This document shows positions 64,000 through 64,000 of a stretch of 64,000 nt of DNA, piece after piece; the stretch's first letter is position 1; every line of letters begins with the position of its first letter. Origin of the DNA: an uncultured Rivularia sp. (GTDB lineage Bacteria > Cyanobacteriota > Cyanobacteriia > Cyanobacteriales > Nostocaceae). The position numbers and the translations under genes are program-made. The stretch spans positions 7,840,001 through 7,904,000 of the forward strand of contig OY762007.1 of the NCBI GenBank assembly GCA_963665115.1, in the 5' to 3' direction. The notes beneath the pieces are model-generated. The model had not been told where the DNA came from. It was given only the letters and a program-made list of their open reading frames with translations, and made no database searches.

Positions 64000-64000
64000 C

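Overview
AT-rich chromosome segment of a heterocyst-forming cyanobacterium (Nostocales; Rivulariaceae-like is a guess). Support: many HIP1 GCGATCGC sites, heptamer STRR tandem repeats and a heterocyst glycolipid (hgl) island. Positions 1-21.5 kb hold the hgl island: hglG (cut by the window edge), a membrane-anchored orphan, the hglE PKS, a small conserved ORF, a ParB/degenerate-methyltransferase gene, hgdB/hgdC/hgdA, DUF2141, a GT2 and a tandemly duplicated hglT-like GT4 plus a third N-terminal relic. The rest is mixed housekeeping (aminotransferase, NDH-2, a two-component pair, glcE/glcF, murJ, LCP, manC, ABC1 kinase, crtO, P450, antiporter) with accessory modules (DUF1778/GNAT and YefM/YoeB TA pairs, an aspartyl-protease pair, an RHH-like/HNH pair, topoisomerase IB, a GC-rich phosphatase-family gene). 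Six genes carry +1/+2 homopolymer insertions, four of them at GGNCC motifs; these are probably sequencing artefacts, possibly methylation-driven. The most intriguing signal is a dnaX-like slippery site (GGAGGT-G-A10-G, with a -1 stop 4 codons later) exactly at the ACP/KR-like boundary of HglE. No rRNA, tRNA, CRISPR array or transposase was recognised. All calls come from motif reading and recall; no searches were run.
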